A stretch of DNA of 64,000 nucleotides, from positions 32,001-96,000 of the forward strand of contig CAVZMH010000017.1 of assembly GCA_963776345.1 (NCBI GenBank). The letters are read 5' to 3'. The notes beneath the pieces are model-generated. The model worked only from the letters and a program-made list of their open reading frames with translations. It was not told the DNA's origin and made no database searches. This document shows, piece after piece, positions 11,123-20,446 of the stretch (its first letter is position 1; the number at the start of each line of letters is the position of its first letter). A program made the translations under genes and the position numbers. This DNA comes from an uncultured delta proteobacterium (lineage in GTDB: Bacteria; Myxococcota; Myxococcia; Myxococcales; Myxococcaceae).

Positions 11123-12166
11123 CTACTTCTCGAGCTTCGCCAGGATGGCGGCGATCCGCTTCTGGTCCGCGGGATCCTTCGCCAGCGCCTTCGCCCTGGC
11201 GTAGTTCTCCGCCGCGCCCTTCTTGTCTCCGGTCGTGGCCAGCGCCTCTCCGAGGCTGTCGTAGCAATTCCAGGAGTCGGGGTGCTCCTTCACGTTCTTT
11301 CGGAACAGGGCGAGCGCCTCGGGGACCTTCTTCTCGCCCAGGAGCTGATAGGCGAGGTTGTTGACGTCGGCCTCGGTGGCGACCTTCATCGCCTGGGCCC
11401 GCAGCTCGGCGGCGCCCTTGAGGTCCTTCTTCTTTTCCAGGATTCCGGCCTTGGTGGTGAGGTTCGGATACGTGGCCTGCATTCCGATCGACCGGTCGAC
11501 CCAGGCCAGCGCCTCATCCAGCTCATGGTCGTTCCGGAGGCACCACTGCGCCGCCTGGTTCCAGGGCTGCCAGGAGAACCGGGCCAGCCCTCGGAGCTGG
11601 CCCTTGAGGCTGGCCAGGGTGACCGCCTTGGTGTCCACGCCGACCGGGAACCCGACCTGGAGCTTCTCCCAGTGGAGAACCACGGTGACCGAGGTCTCGG
11701 TGGGGTTGGAGAACCGGTACTCCAGGCTCTCCTCGAACTCCGTCTGGGCGGGCGTCGCGGTGAGCCGGACCGCGTCCTCCTTCTCGTCGTAGCTGAAGCT
11801 GCCCCACGCGGTGGCGACGTTGCTCAGGACGACCGTCCACTTGCTCGGCCCGGGAATCATGTGGAGCCCGTAGGTTCCTGCCGCGAGCTGCTTCCCTCCG
11901 ACCGTGACCGGGCTGGAGAAGCTGACTGTGGTGTTCTCGTTGGCGCCCGCCCGCCAGACCTCGTCGTAGGGGACGAGCGCTCCCCAGACCTTGCGCTTCC
12001 CGACCGCCGGGCGGTGATAGTCGATGGTGATGTCGGTCAGGCCCACCCGCTGGCTCACCGCGGCATGCGGGCTGGCGTCGGGAAGGCTCAGCCGGGGGGC
12101 CTGGGCCAGGGCGGGAGTGGCGCCGGCCAGGAGCACTCCCAGTAGCAGGGGAAGGTGGGGCTTCAT
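11123..12166 (-). CDS. Secreted DUF2911-domain protein with C-terminal TPR repeats
   Basis: Signal peptide, 'SP.A.VSQRVGLTDITIDYHRP', 'LVPYDEVWRAGANE', TPR 'NCYDSLGEAL'. Confidence 0.88.
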   Translation of the reverse strand: MKPHLPLLLGVLLAGATPALAQAPRLSLPDASPHAAVSQRVGLTDITIDYHRPAVGKRKVWGALVPYDEVWRAGANENTTVSFSSPVTVGGKQLAAGTYGLHMIPGPSKWTVVLSNVATAWGSFSYDEKEDAVRLTATPAQTEFEESLEYRFSNPTETSVTVVLHWEKLQVGFPVGVDTKAVTLASLKGQLRGLARFSWQPWNQAAQWCLRNDHELDEALAWVDRSIGMQATYPNLTTKAGILEKKKDLKGAAELRAQAMKVATEADVNNLAYQLLGEKKVPEALALFRKNVKEHPDSWNCYDSLGEALATTGDKKGAAENYARAKALAKDPADQKRIAAILAKLEK

Positions 12167-12418
12167 CTCGACTCCTTCAGGCGCTGACCTCGCAGGACGG
12201 CCGTACGCAGGAAGAGCGAGGGTTTCCATGCGGCTGCAGCGGGACGCGCGGGCAGTGCAGCCCGCCGCGGCGCGCCCTCCTCCGGGCCCGCGGACGGCCC
12301 CCGGGGGACGGGGGCTCGGCCGCTCTGGAGGGGGGCGTTGATTTTGGAGTCAGAACTTTGACCGAAGACCTGCTTGGATGCGCCCCCCACTGGCGTTTCT
12401 GACTGGGAGGAGACCCCG

Positions 12419-13741
12419 ATGAACCATCCGATTCGACGGCTCGGCTGCGGCCTGGCGCTGGCCCTGCTCGCCTCGGCCTGCGGGAGCGACAGCAACAACA
12501 ACACCATCAACATCGACCCGGCGATGACCGAGTCGGCCATCGCCTCGGCGTTCTCGGGAGCGGCGGAGAACTCCACCCTCAACATGGCGGCGGGGACCTA
12601 CCACTTCACCAACTCGCTCAACCTCTCCACCAAGAACGGGATCACGGTGAAGGGCGCGGGGATGACCCAGACCATCCTCGACTTCAGCGCCCAGACCGGC
12701 GGCGCGGACGGGCTGGTCCAGAGCATCCCCTCCGGGCAGACGGTGAAGGTCACCTTCCAGGACTTCGCCGTCCGGGACAGCGCGGGCGATGGCCTGAAGA
12801 TCACCGGCGGGAACGGAGTCCATATCAACCGGGTGAGCGCTTCGTGGCCCACCCGGGCACAGCACGGCCCGTACGGGATCTATCCGGTCCAGTGCAAGAA
12901 CGTGCTGGTCGAGAACAGCTCGGCCGACGGGGCCAGCGACACCGGGATCTACGTCGGTCAGTCGGACACCATCGTGGTCCGGAACAACGTCGTCACCCAC
13001 AACGTGTCCGGCATCGAGATCGAGAACTCGTTCAACGCCGACGTCACCGGGAACGACTCCAACAACAACACCGTCGGGTTCCTGGTCTTCGACCTGCCCG
13101 ACCTTCCGCAGGTCGGCGGGCACAACGTCCGCGTCTACAACAACCAGTTCCGGGACAACAACACGCCGAACTTCGGCGATCCCAGCGGAGAGGTGGCCCT
13201 GGTGCCGGCCGGAACCGGCGGGGCGATCATGGCCAACACCAAGGTGGAGATCTTCGGCAACACCTTCAGCGGAAACAGCGCGGTCGGCTTCTCGGTCATC
13301 AGCTGCTACGCCGCCCTGGGCGTCCAGACCTGCAGCAGTGGGACCGCGGGCTACGTCGCGATCCCCTCCCAGGTGTCCGTCCACGACAACACCTTCACCG
13401 GCAACGGGACCGACCCTCTGGCGCACAACACGAACCAGCAGCATCCGAGCTTCCAGCTGGCTGCGCTGCTGGCCAGCGGCTTTCCCCAGACCCAGGGCGG
13501 GCCGGGCTGGCTCGACGGCCACGTCTCGGACGTCACCTACGACGGCATCTTCCCCCTCGGCGGAACGGGCAATCCGTTCCAGATCTGCGCCCAGAACAAC
13601 GGCTCGGGCCACTTCGCCAACATGCACCTCGACCAGTTCGACGCACAGGCCCCGAACCTCGACCAGATCCTGACCTTCGACGAGTCGGCGTTCAGCTGTT
13701 CGCTCCCGGCCCTCCCGGCGGTCCCGGTGCCGGCGCTCTGA
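12419..13741 (+). CDS. Parallel beta-helix lipoprotein (partner of an SO2930-like diheme cytochrome)
   Basis: GGAGG RBS, lipobox LASAC, 'YGIYPVQCKNVL', 'GASDTGIYVGQS', 'GIEIENS', 'GFLVFDLPDLP'. Confidence 0.85.
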   Translation: MNHPIRRLGCGLALALLASACGSDSNNNTINIDPAMTESAIASAFSGAAENSTLNMAAGTYHFTNSLNLSTKNGITVKGAGMTQTILDFSAQTGGADGLVQSIPSGQTVKVTFQDFAVRDSAGDGLKITGGNGVHINRVSASWPTRAQHGPYGIYPVQCKNVLVENSSADGASDTGIYVGQSDTIVVRNNVVTHNVSGIEIENSFNADVTGNDSNNNTVGFLVFDLPDLPQVGGHNVRVYNNQFRDNNTPNFGDPSGEVALVPAGTGGAIMANTKVEIFGNTFSGNSAVGFSVISCYAALGVQTCSSGTAGYVAIPSQVSVHDNTFTGNGTDPLAHNTNQQHPSFQLAALLASGFPQTQGGPGWLDGHVSDVTYDGIFPLGGTGNPFQICAQNNGSGHFANMHLDQFDAQAPNLDQILTFDESAFSCSLPALPAVPVPAL

Positions 13742-13746
13742 GCGAG

Positions 13747-14839
13747 GTGCCGCCGGAGCTCGTGGTTCGGTCGGGGCCTCCTGGCCAGCGCGCTGCTGGC
13801 GCTGGCCGCGTGCGGGTCCACGTCGAGCGGTGCGTGCACGCCGCGCGTCCCGACCGACGACACCTACCCCACGAGCCTCGCCGGTTGGTGCCAGGTGGGC
13901 CTCGCGCAGGGCGAGGTGACCGGGCTCGCCAGCGACGTCGTCGCCTACGACCTGACGACCCCGCTCTACTCCGATGGAGCCATCAAGCGGCGCACGGTCC
14001 GGGTGCCGCCCGGCACCGCCGCGGCCTACGACCCGACCGGGCCGCTCGGGTTCCCGGACGGGACGGTGCTCACCAAGAGCTTCGGGTTCCGGGCCGACGC
14101 CCGGGACACGGCGCTCCCCATCCACTGGGTCGAGACGCGCCTGGAGTGGAAGGCCCAGGGCGCGTGGAACTTCATGACCTACCGCTGGAACGACGCCGGG
14201 ACCGAGGCGGTGGCCGCGCCGGGCGGCGAGGTGGTGAGCTTCTCCTACGTCGACGTCGACGGGGTGACCCAGGACGCCCACTACCTCGTGCCCAGCCAGC
14301 TGCAGTGCGAGCAGTGCCACTCCGAGAGCGGCCCGGTGGCTCCCATCGGCCCCAAGGCGCGCTGGCTGAACACCGACCACGCCTACCCCGAGGGCACCGA
14401 GAACCAGCTCGCCCACTGGTCACGGATCGGCATCCTCACCGGGGCGCCCGATCCAGCCGATGCGCCGAGGCTCCCGGCCGCCGCCGACCCCGACGCGGGG
14501 ACGGTGGAGCAGCGCGCGCGCGCGTACCTCGAGGCGAACTGCGGCTTCTGCCACAGCCCCCAGGGGAACGCCCGGATCAGCGGCCTGTACCTGTCCGCCT
14601 CGGTGACCGAGCCGGTGCAGCTCGGCATCTGCAAGCGGCCGGTGGCCGCCGGAGTCGGGGCCGGGGGGCGGCCGTACGACCTCTTCCCGGGACAGCCCGA
14701 CCAGTCGATCATCCCTTACCGGATGTCGTCCACCACGCCGGCCGTGGCGATGCCGCAGATCGGCCGGAGCATCGTGGACGCCCACGGGGTCGCGCTGATC
14801 ACCGAGTGGATCTCCGGCCTGCCCGGAACCTGTCAGTGA
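13747..14839 (+). CDS. SO2930-family diheme c-type cytochrome lipoprotein (apparent +1 frameshift just after the start)
   Basis: Two CxxCH motifs (CEQCH, CGFCH), 'YDLTTPLYSDGAIKRR', 'VETRL', 'RARAYLEANC', 'MPQIGR'. Lipobox LAAC lies in frame upstream of 13895 and needs GTG 13747 minus one C. Confidence 0.82.
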
Positions 14840-14866
14840 CCACCGCGGGGAGCCGACCCCGGCCGC

Positions 14867-15250
14867 TCAGACGGCGATGGCCTGGGGCAGCGCTCCCAGG
14901 CGCCGGTCCGCGGTGAGGAGGCGGAGCGTCTCGACTTCGCACTGCGCGAGGAGCAGACGGTCGAACGGATCACCGTGCTCGAGGGCCACCCGTTCCACCG
15001 CCGTGGCGTGACGGAGGGTGACGTCGAGGGTCTCGAACCCCGCCTGCTCGACCGCCTCGAGCAACGACCCGAGCGGGCCCTCCAGCCGCAGCTTGCCGAG
15101 CGAAGCCTTGATCGCGATCTCCCAGGCGCTCGCGGCGCTGACCCAGCAGGTGTTCGCCGGGGCGGACAGGAGCGACCTCACTCCCCGCGAGAGCTTCGGG
15201 CTGTCGCTCAGGACCCAGAGGAGCACGTGCGTGTCCAGCAGGAGCTTCAC
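14867..15250 (-). CDS. vapC: Type II TA toxin, VapC/PIN domain
   Basis: 'LLLDTHVLLW', 'SAASAWEIAIK', 'HGDPFDRLL.AQ', 'LLTAD'. Confidence 0.92.
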   Translation of the reverse strand: MKLLLDTHVLLWVLSDSPKLSRGVRSLLSAPANTCWVSAASAWEIAIKASLGKLRLEGPLGSLLEAVEQAGFETLDVTLRHATAVERVALEHGDPFDRLLLAQCEVETLRLLTADRRLGALPQAIAV

Positions 15251-15507
15251 GGCTCGACCGACCCGCCGAAGAGGCGATCCTGCTCCTTCCTCGACAGCGG
15301 CCGGTCGAAGTCCTTCGAGAGACCCGAGAACAGCTTCTTGCCGGTCCCGAAGCGAATCCGACGGCCCGGAGCGAGACCCGTCAACCGGGCGACCGGCTTC
15401 CCGGCCCGGGCAAGGATGATCTCCTCGCCGGCCTCGGCCGCCTCGATGAGCCGCGAGAGCGTGGTCTTCGCCTCGTGGATGTTGACGGTTTTCAGAGATT
15501 CACCCAT
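15247..15507 (-). CDS. Type II TA antitoxin, Phd/YefM family
   Basis: 'VNIHEAKTTLSRLIE...GEEIILARAGKPVARL'. Overlaps the toxin start (GTGA). Confidence 0.9.
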   Translation of the reverse strand: MGESLKTVNIHEAKTTLSRLIEAAEAGEEIILARAGKPVARLTGLAPGRRIRFGTGKKLFSGLSKDFDRPLSRKEQDRLFGGSVEP

Positions 15508-15509
15508 CC

Positions 15510-15533
15510 TAGCTAAACTTAGTCTAGTCTAGA
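15510..15533 (-). promoter_or_regulatory. AT-rich promoter/operator of the TA operon
   Basis: TAGCTAAACTTAGTCTAGTCTAGA: CTAA-AC-TTAG palindrome and TAGACT -10-like hexamers abutting the antitoxin ATG. Confidence 0.5.
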
Positions 15534-15610
15534 AGACCGCGGAAGGCCACGGTGCATGCCTCGCCGCCCGGTTGCCTGACGGGCGGGGATCGGGCAGAGC
15601 ACCCCCTTCC

Positions 15611-17836
15611 ATGTTCGTCGCCCTGGCCCGGGCCGTCTCCCGGCACCGCCTGGTGGTCCTCGCCTGCACCCTGGTGGTGCTGGCGCTGGCGGTGCTCGCC
15701 CTGGTCCGCGGCGGGAGCCTGACCAGCGGGACCATCGAGGGCACCGAGTCCTGGCAGGCCGCCGCGCTGGTCCGGGGCGCCGCCGGGGCCGACACCGACA
15801 CCAGCGTGGTCGCCCTGCTCACCCACGCGTCGATGCCTGCGACCGATCCGGTGTTCCAGGCGGCGATGGCCCTGGTGCTGGAGAAGGTCAGCGCCCGCCC
15901 CGAGGTGGAGGGCGTGGTCTCGGTGGTCACCGCGCCGGAGCAGGCCCGGAGCCGCTTCCTCTCGCCCGACGGCAAGGCCGCGCTGGTGCTGGTCCGCCTC
16001 AAGGGCGACGAGAAGGCGGCGGTGGGCGCGTTTCCGGCGGTGAAGGCCGCGCTGCGCGACGGTCCCTTCGACGTGGCGGTGACCGGGAAGCCGGCGTTCC
16101 TCGTCGACCTGAACACCCAGCTGGAGCACGACCTGCTCCGCGCCGAGCTCATCTCCTTCCCGCTCGCGCTGCTGGTCCTCCTCTCGGTGTTCGGGACGCT
16201 GGTCGCCGCGCTCCTGCCCATCGTGGTCGGCGGGCTCGCGGTGCTGGCCGGCGTCGCCGCGGTGCTCGCGCTCTCGCACCACCTGGACATGGCCCAGTAC
16301 ACGCTGAACGTGGTGACCCTCATCGGGCTCGGCGTGGCCATCGACTACTCGCTGTTCATGGTCAGCCGCTTCCGGGCCGAGCTGCACGCCGGGGCGAGCG
16401 TGGAGGCGGCGCTCGAGCGGACCGTCGACACCGCCGGGCGCGCGGTCGCCTTCTCCGGACTCGCGGTCGCGGCCGGGCTCTCGGGGCTGCTCTTCTACAA
16501 GGGCTCGTACCTCGCCGCGATGGGGCTGGGCGGGGCCATCGTCGTCGCCTTCTCGGTCCTCTTCTCGCTCACCGCGCTCCCGGCCATCCTCGGCTGGCTC
16601 GGCCCCCGCGTGGACATGGGGCGGGTGCCGATCCCGGCGTTCGGCCTGAAGGCCGGGGCGTGGGAGCGGATCGCCGGCTGGGTGATGGAGCATCCGCTCA
16701 GGGTGCTCCTGCCGACCCTGGGCTTCATCGCGCTGGTGGGCTGGCCCTTCGTCCGGCTCCAGACCGCCGGAACGGACATCACCGCGCTCCCGGAGTCGGC
16801 CGAGTCGCGCCAGGGCGCGGCGGCGCTGGACCGCGCCTTCCCCGGGCAGAATGCGACCCGCATCCTGGTCGCGGTGCGCTTCCCGGGCGCGCCCTTCACC
16901 CCCGACCGGGCCGGGGCGCTCTACGACGCGACCCGGCGCTGGGCCAAGCTCCCCGGTGTCGTCGGGGTGGAGAGCATCGTCGACCTCGACCCCAACGTGA
17001 CCCGCGACCAGTACGTCCAGCTCGCCGGCGCCGGGCCCGCCTTCCGGCCACCCGAGTTCGCGCTCGCAGAGGCGGCGTATCTGCACGGCGACGTCGCGGT
17101 GGCCCAGGTGCTCACCGCCGCCCCGGCGTCGAGCGTCGAGGCCCGGCGGCTCGTCGACGCGCTGCGGAAGGACCGCGTGGTGGGCGACGGGCGCGCCCTG
17201 GTCGGCGGGCAGAGCGCGGGCGACGTGGACTCGACCGCCTTCGTCCTCGACCGGGCGCCGCTCGCCGTCGGCTTCGTGGTCCTGGTCACGCTGGTGGCGC
17301 TCTTCGTCCTCCTCGGCTCCGTCGTCCTGCCGCTGAAGGCGGTGGTGATGAACTTCCTCTCCATCGCCGCGAGCTTCGGAGCGCTGGTGTGGATCTTCCA
17401 GGAGGGAAATCTGAAATCGCTGCTCGACTTCCAGCCCGGCCCGATCGAGCCCGCGCTTCCCGTGCTGCTCTTCTGCACCCTGTTCGGCCTGTCGATGGAC
17501 TACGAGGTCCTGATGCTCTCGCGGATGCGCGAGGAGTGGACCCGCACCCACGACAACCGGCACAGCGTGGCCGAGGGCCTGGAGCAGACCGGCAGCCTGA
17601 TCACCAGCGCCGCGGCGATCATGGTCGCGGTGTTCGCAGCCTTCGCCCTGGCCCGCATCCTGGTGGTGAAGGCGATGGGCGTGGGCATGGCGATCGCCGT
17701 GGCGCTGGACGCCACGCTGGTGCGGGTCCTGGTCGTCCCCGCCACGATGCGCCTCTTCGGGGCGGCGAACTGGTGGGCGCCGCGGGTGCTGAAGCGCCTG
17801 GCGCTCGCGGCGCATGGAGAGAAGAGCAGTCCATGA
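15611..17836 (+). CDS. MMPL/RND family lipid transporter (MmpL3-like)
   Basis: Two MMPL repeats with the Asp-Tyr pairs 'GVAIDYSLF' and 'GLSMDYEV'; 'LDATLVR..VVPATM...NWWAP'. Confidence 0.92.
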   Translation: MFVALARAVSRHRLVVLACTLVVLALAVLALVRGGSLTSGTIEGTESWQAAALVRGAAGADTDTSVVALLTHASMPATDPVFQAAMALVLEKVSARPEVEGVVSVVTAPEQARSRFLSPDGKAALVLVRLKGDEKAAVGAFPAVKAALRDGPFDVAVTGKPAFLVDLNTQLEHDLLRAELISFPLALLVLLSVFGTLVAALLPIVVGGLAVLAGVAAVLALSHHLDMAQYTLNVVTLIGLGVAIDYSLFMVSRFRAELHAGASVEAALERTVDTAGRAVAFSGLAVAAGLSGLLFYKGSYLAAMGLGGAIVVAFSVLFSLTALPAILGWLGPRVDMGRVPIPAFGLKAGAWERIAGWVMEHPLRVLLPTLGFIALVGWPFVRLQTAGTDITALPESAESRQGAAALDRAFPGQNATRILVAVRFPGAPFTPDRAGALYDATRRWAKLPGVVGVESIVDLDPNVTRDQYVQLAGAGPAFRPPEFALAEAAYLHGDVAVAQVLTAAPASSVEARRLVDALRKDRVVGDGRALVGGQSAGDVDSTAFVLDRAPLAVGFVVLVTLVALFVLLGSVVLPLKAVVMNFLSIAASFGALVWIFQEGNLKSLLDFQPGPIEPALPVLLFCTLFGLSMDYEVLMLSRMREEWTRTHDNRHSVAEGLEQTGSLITSAAAIMVAVFAAFALARILVVKAMGVGMAIAVALDATLVRVLVVPATMRLFGAANWWAPRVLKRLALAAHGEKSSP

Positions 17837-19023
17837 GCTCGGTCCTGGTCGTGCTGGTCGTCGTGGCGCTGCTCCTGCTGGTCGACGGGCACCTGCGGCT
17901 GTCCCGCGTCCTCCGCCGTCGCCCCCCGGCGCCGCCCTTTCCGGCGACCGCCCCGTCCATCACCGTCATCCGCCCGGTCAAGGGGCTGGACCCCGGCGCC
18001 GAGGACAACATCCGCGCGTTTCTCACGATGGAATACCCCGGGCGGCTCGAGCTGCTCTTCGTCGTCGACTCGGAGGAGGACCCGGCGTACCCGGCCATCA
18101 AGCGGCTCATCGCCGAGCACCCCACCACGGCGCAGCGGGTGGAGCTCCTGTTCTCGGGCTCGCCGCCGCCGCGGCGGACGGGGAAGCTCAACGCGATGCT
18201 GGTGGGCGTCGCCGCGGCCACCGGCGAGCTGCTGGCGTTCAACGACTCGGACAGCCGCCCGTCGAAGGACGTGCTGGGGCGGCTGGTCTCCGAGCTGCTC
18301 GCCCGGCCCGACTGCGGCTGCACCTTCGCCCCGGTGGTCGGCGAGGCGGATCGGCCCACCGCCGGCGACGTGGCGTACGGGCTCCTGATGAACGCCTGGT
18401 ACGGGCCCACGGTCTCCTGGGCCGCCGAGCCGAAGGGCGAGCTGGATTTCATCATGGGCCAGCTGATGGTGTGCCGGCGCGAGGCGCTCGACGCGGTGGG
18501 CGGGGTCGGCGTGGCCGAGGGCCAGTTCGTGGACGACATGGTCATCGGCCGCGCGCTCTGGAAGGCGGGCTGGAAGAACGTGGTGATCGAGGTGCCGCTG
18601 CGGATCGTCATCGGCGGCATGGGGCTCCTCCAGTTCTTGACGACCTTCCGCCGGTGGATGCTCTTCGGCGAGGGCGGTCTGTCCTTCCGCTTCACCTGGC
18701 CCAACTGGATGCGCGGCATCGCCTGCTGGATCGCCTGGGCGGCGCTGGGCGTGGCCCTCGCCACCGGGAACCTGGCCTCCGCAGGCCTCGCGCTCCTGCC
18801 CATCGCCTTCTCGGTGTGGACCCAGGCCTCGCTCCAGCGCGCGCACCACGGCCCGCGCATCGCGCTGCACCAGCTCTGGGTGCCGGCGGTGCTCCCGCTG
18901 GTGGCCGGCCTGGTGGCGCTCGCCGCCCGGCTGAACCGCCGGGTCGACTGGCGGGGCCGCAGCTACGAGCTGGACGGCGAGGCGCGACTCGACGCCAGCG
19001 GCTCGGCGTCGGCGGGGACGTGA
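17833..19023 (+). CDS. Membrane GT2/GT21 glycosyltransferase (HpnI/ceramide glucosyltransferase-like)
   Basis: N-terminal TM, 'VIRPVKGLD', 'EDPA', 'GKLNAM', DSD (DxD), 'DDMVIG', xxxRW, C-terminal TMs, 'VDWRGRSY'. ATGA-coupled to the MMPL gene. Confidence 0.88.
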   Translation: MSSVLVVLVVVALLLLVDGHLRLSRVLRRRPPAPPFPATAPSITVIRPVKGLDPGAEDNIRAFLTMEYPGRLELLFVVDSEEDPAYPAIKRLIAEHPTTAQRVELLFSGSPPPRRTGKLNAMLVGVAAATGELLAFNDSDSRPSKDVLGRLVSELLARPDCGCTFAPVVGEADRPTAGDVAYGLLMNAWYGPTVSWAAEPKGELDFIMGQLMVCRREALDAVGGVGVAEGQFVDDMVIGRALWKAGWKNVVIEVPLRIVIGGMGLLQFLTTFRRWMLFGEGGLSFRFTWPNWMRGIACWIAWAALGVALATGNLASAGLALLPIAFSVWTQASLQRAHHGPRIALHQLWVPAVLPLVAGLVALAARLNRRVDWRGRSYELDGEARLDASGSASAGT

Positions 19024-20354
19024 GGCGGATGGGCCAGGACCCGGTCCTCGACCGCCCCGGCCATCGCGGTGCGGAGGTGGGGCAGGGCCGAGGCGACCAG
19101 CATGGCTCCGGCGCTCACCGCCCGGCGCGGCCCGCGGACGGCCCTGACCGACCCCGCGCCCAGCGCGACCAGGCCGTGGGCCACCACGCGGGCGTACTCG
19201 CGCGCCATGACCGACATGCGAGCCTCGCGGGTGGAGAGCAGCGACATGGAGACGCGCGCCCCGGTCGGCGAGCGCTCCCAGTACCGGAACAGCCCGCGCC
19301 GCAGCGCCGCCATCTCGGCGGTGTCGCTGGAGAAGGCCTCGTAGAGCGCCGAGGCCAGCGCGATGCGGGTGCGGTTCGCCGGCCGGCGCGCGCTGGCGTA
19401 GGCGGCGAGCGCGCGCGGGAGGTCGTTCTTCGCGTCGGTCATCGCCCGGTGGAGCACGCGGGCGTCGCGCACCGCGGAGGCCATGCCACTGGCGCTCAGC
19501 GGGTGGCAGCAGCCCGCGGCGTCGCCCACCAGCACCACGTGACCCTTGTAGACGTGGTCCATGATGCGGGTGTCGTTGGAGGCGACCAGCGGCGGCTCGC
19601 GCTGGAGCGCATCGAGGATGGCCTGGCGCAGCGGCTGGGGCACGCCGGAGAGGATGTCCGGCTCGGTCCGGACGCGGTCGGGCGTGGAGCCGAGCGGCAG
19701 ATCCACCATCACCCGGGCGTGGGTGCCCGAGATGGGGTAGGCCAGCACCGGAGCGGGACCGCCGATGAAGAGGTGCCCGCGGTCCGGGTGCGGCAGCGTG
19801 TCCGCGGCCACCAGCACGCCGACCATGGTGGAGAGGCGATCGTGCCGCTCGGTGATGCCCAGCGCCCGGCGGAGCGGCGAGGCGCGGCCGTCCGCGGCCA
19901 CCAGCATGCGGGCACGCACGCGCTCGGAGTGTCCCTCGTGGGACAGCGTGGCCTCCACGCCGTCCGGCCCGTCCGAGAGCAGGTTGACCCGGGTCCTGCG
20001 ACGCACCTCGACGTCGCCGCGCTTCTCGAGGATGTCCAGCAGCGGGGTGATGAGCGCGTGGTGCTCGATGCCGAGGCCGCGGTTGCCCGGACCGTAGGGC
20101 AGGAGCGCGGTCGTCTCCTTGTCCACCACCGCGAAACCGACGATGGGCACGCCACCCGAGCGGAGCACCTCGGAGAACCCGAAGGCGGTCAGCTCCTCCA
20201 CGCCCACCGGATGGAGCAGCTCTCCGGCCAGCAGCTTCCGGCGGTCCTGCCCCGCGTCGGCGAGCAGGGTCCGCAGGCCAAGCTGGCCCATGGCTGCAGC
20301 GGTGGTGCACCCCGCGGGGCCACCACCGGCGACGAGCACGTCCACTTCGATCAA
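18963..20354 (-). CDS. Squalene epoxidase (squalene monooxygenase)
   Basis: GGGPAG FAD motif, 'GELLHPVG', 'VAADG..S.LRR', 'VGDAAGCCHPLSASGM', 'LASALYEAF', 'LRRGLFRY'. These parallel the SQLE/ERG1 motifs; adjacent to an OSC. Confidence 0.85.
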   Translation of the reverse strand: MIEVDVLVAGGGPAGCTTAAAMGQLGLRTLLADAGQDRRKLLAGELLHPVGVEELTAFGFSEVLRSGGVPIVGFAVVDKETTALLPYGPGNRGLGIEHHALITPLLDILEKRGDVEVRRRTRVNLLSDGPDGVEATLSHEGHSERVRARMLVAADGRASPLRRALGITERHDRLSTMVGVLVAADTLPHPDRGHLFIGGPAPVLAYPISGTHARVMVDLPLGSTPDRVRTEPDILSGVPQPLRQAILDALQREPPLVASNDTRIMDHVYKGHVVLVGDAAGCCHPLSASGMASAVRDARVLHRAMTDAKNDLPRALAAYASARRPANRTRIALASALYEAFSSDTAEMAALRRGLFRYWERSPTGARVSMSLLSTREARMSVMAREYARVVAHGLVALGAGSVRAVRGPRRAVSAGAMLVASALPHLRTAMAGAVEDRVLAHPPHVPADAEPLASSRASPSSS

Positions 20355-20446
20355 GGCAGCAACCTCACCCCGGCCCTTGTTTCCGGGCTTCTTATAGAGT
20401 TTGACGCCCCTCGGCGCACCCTCCGGGGTGTTTCACTGGGTGTCTC

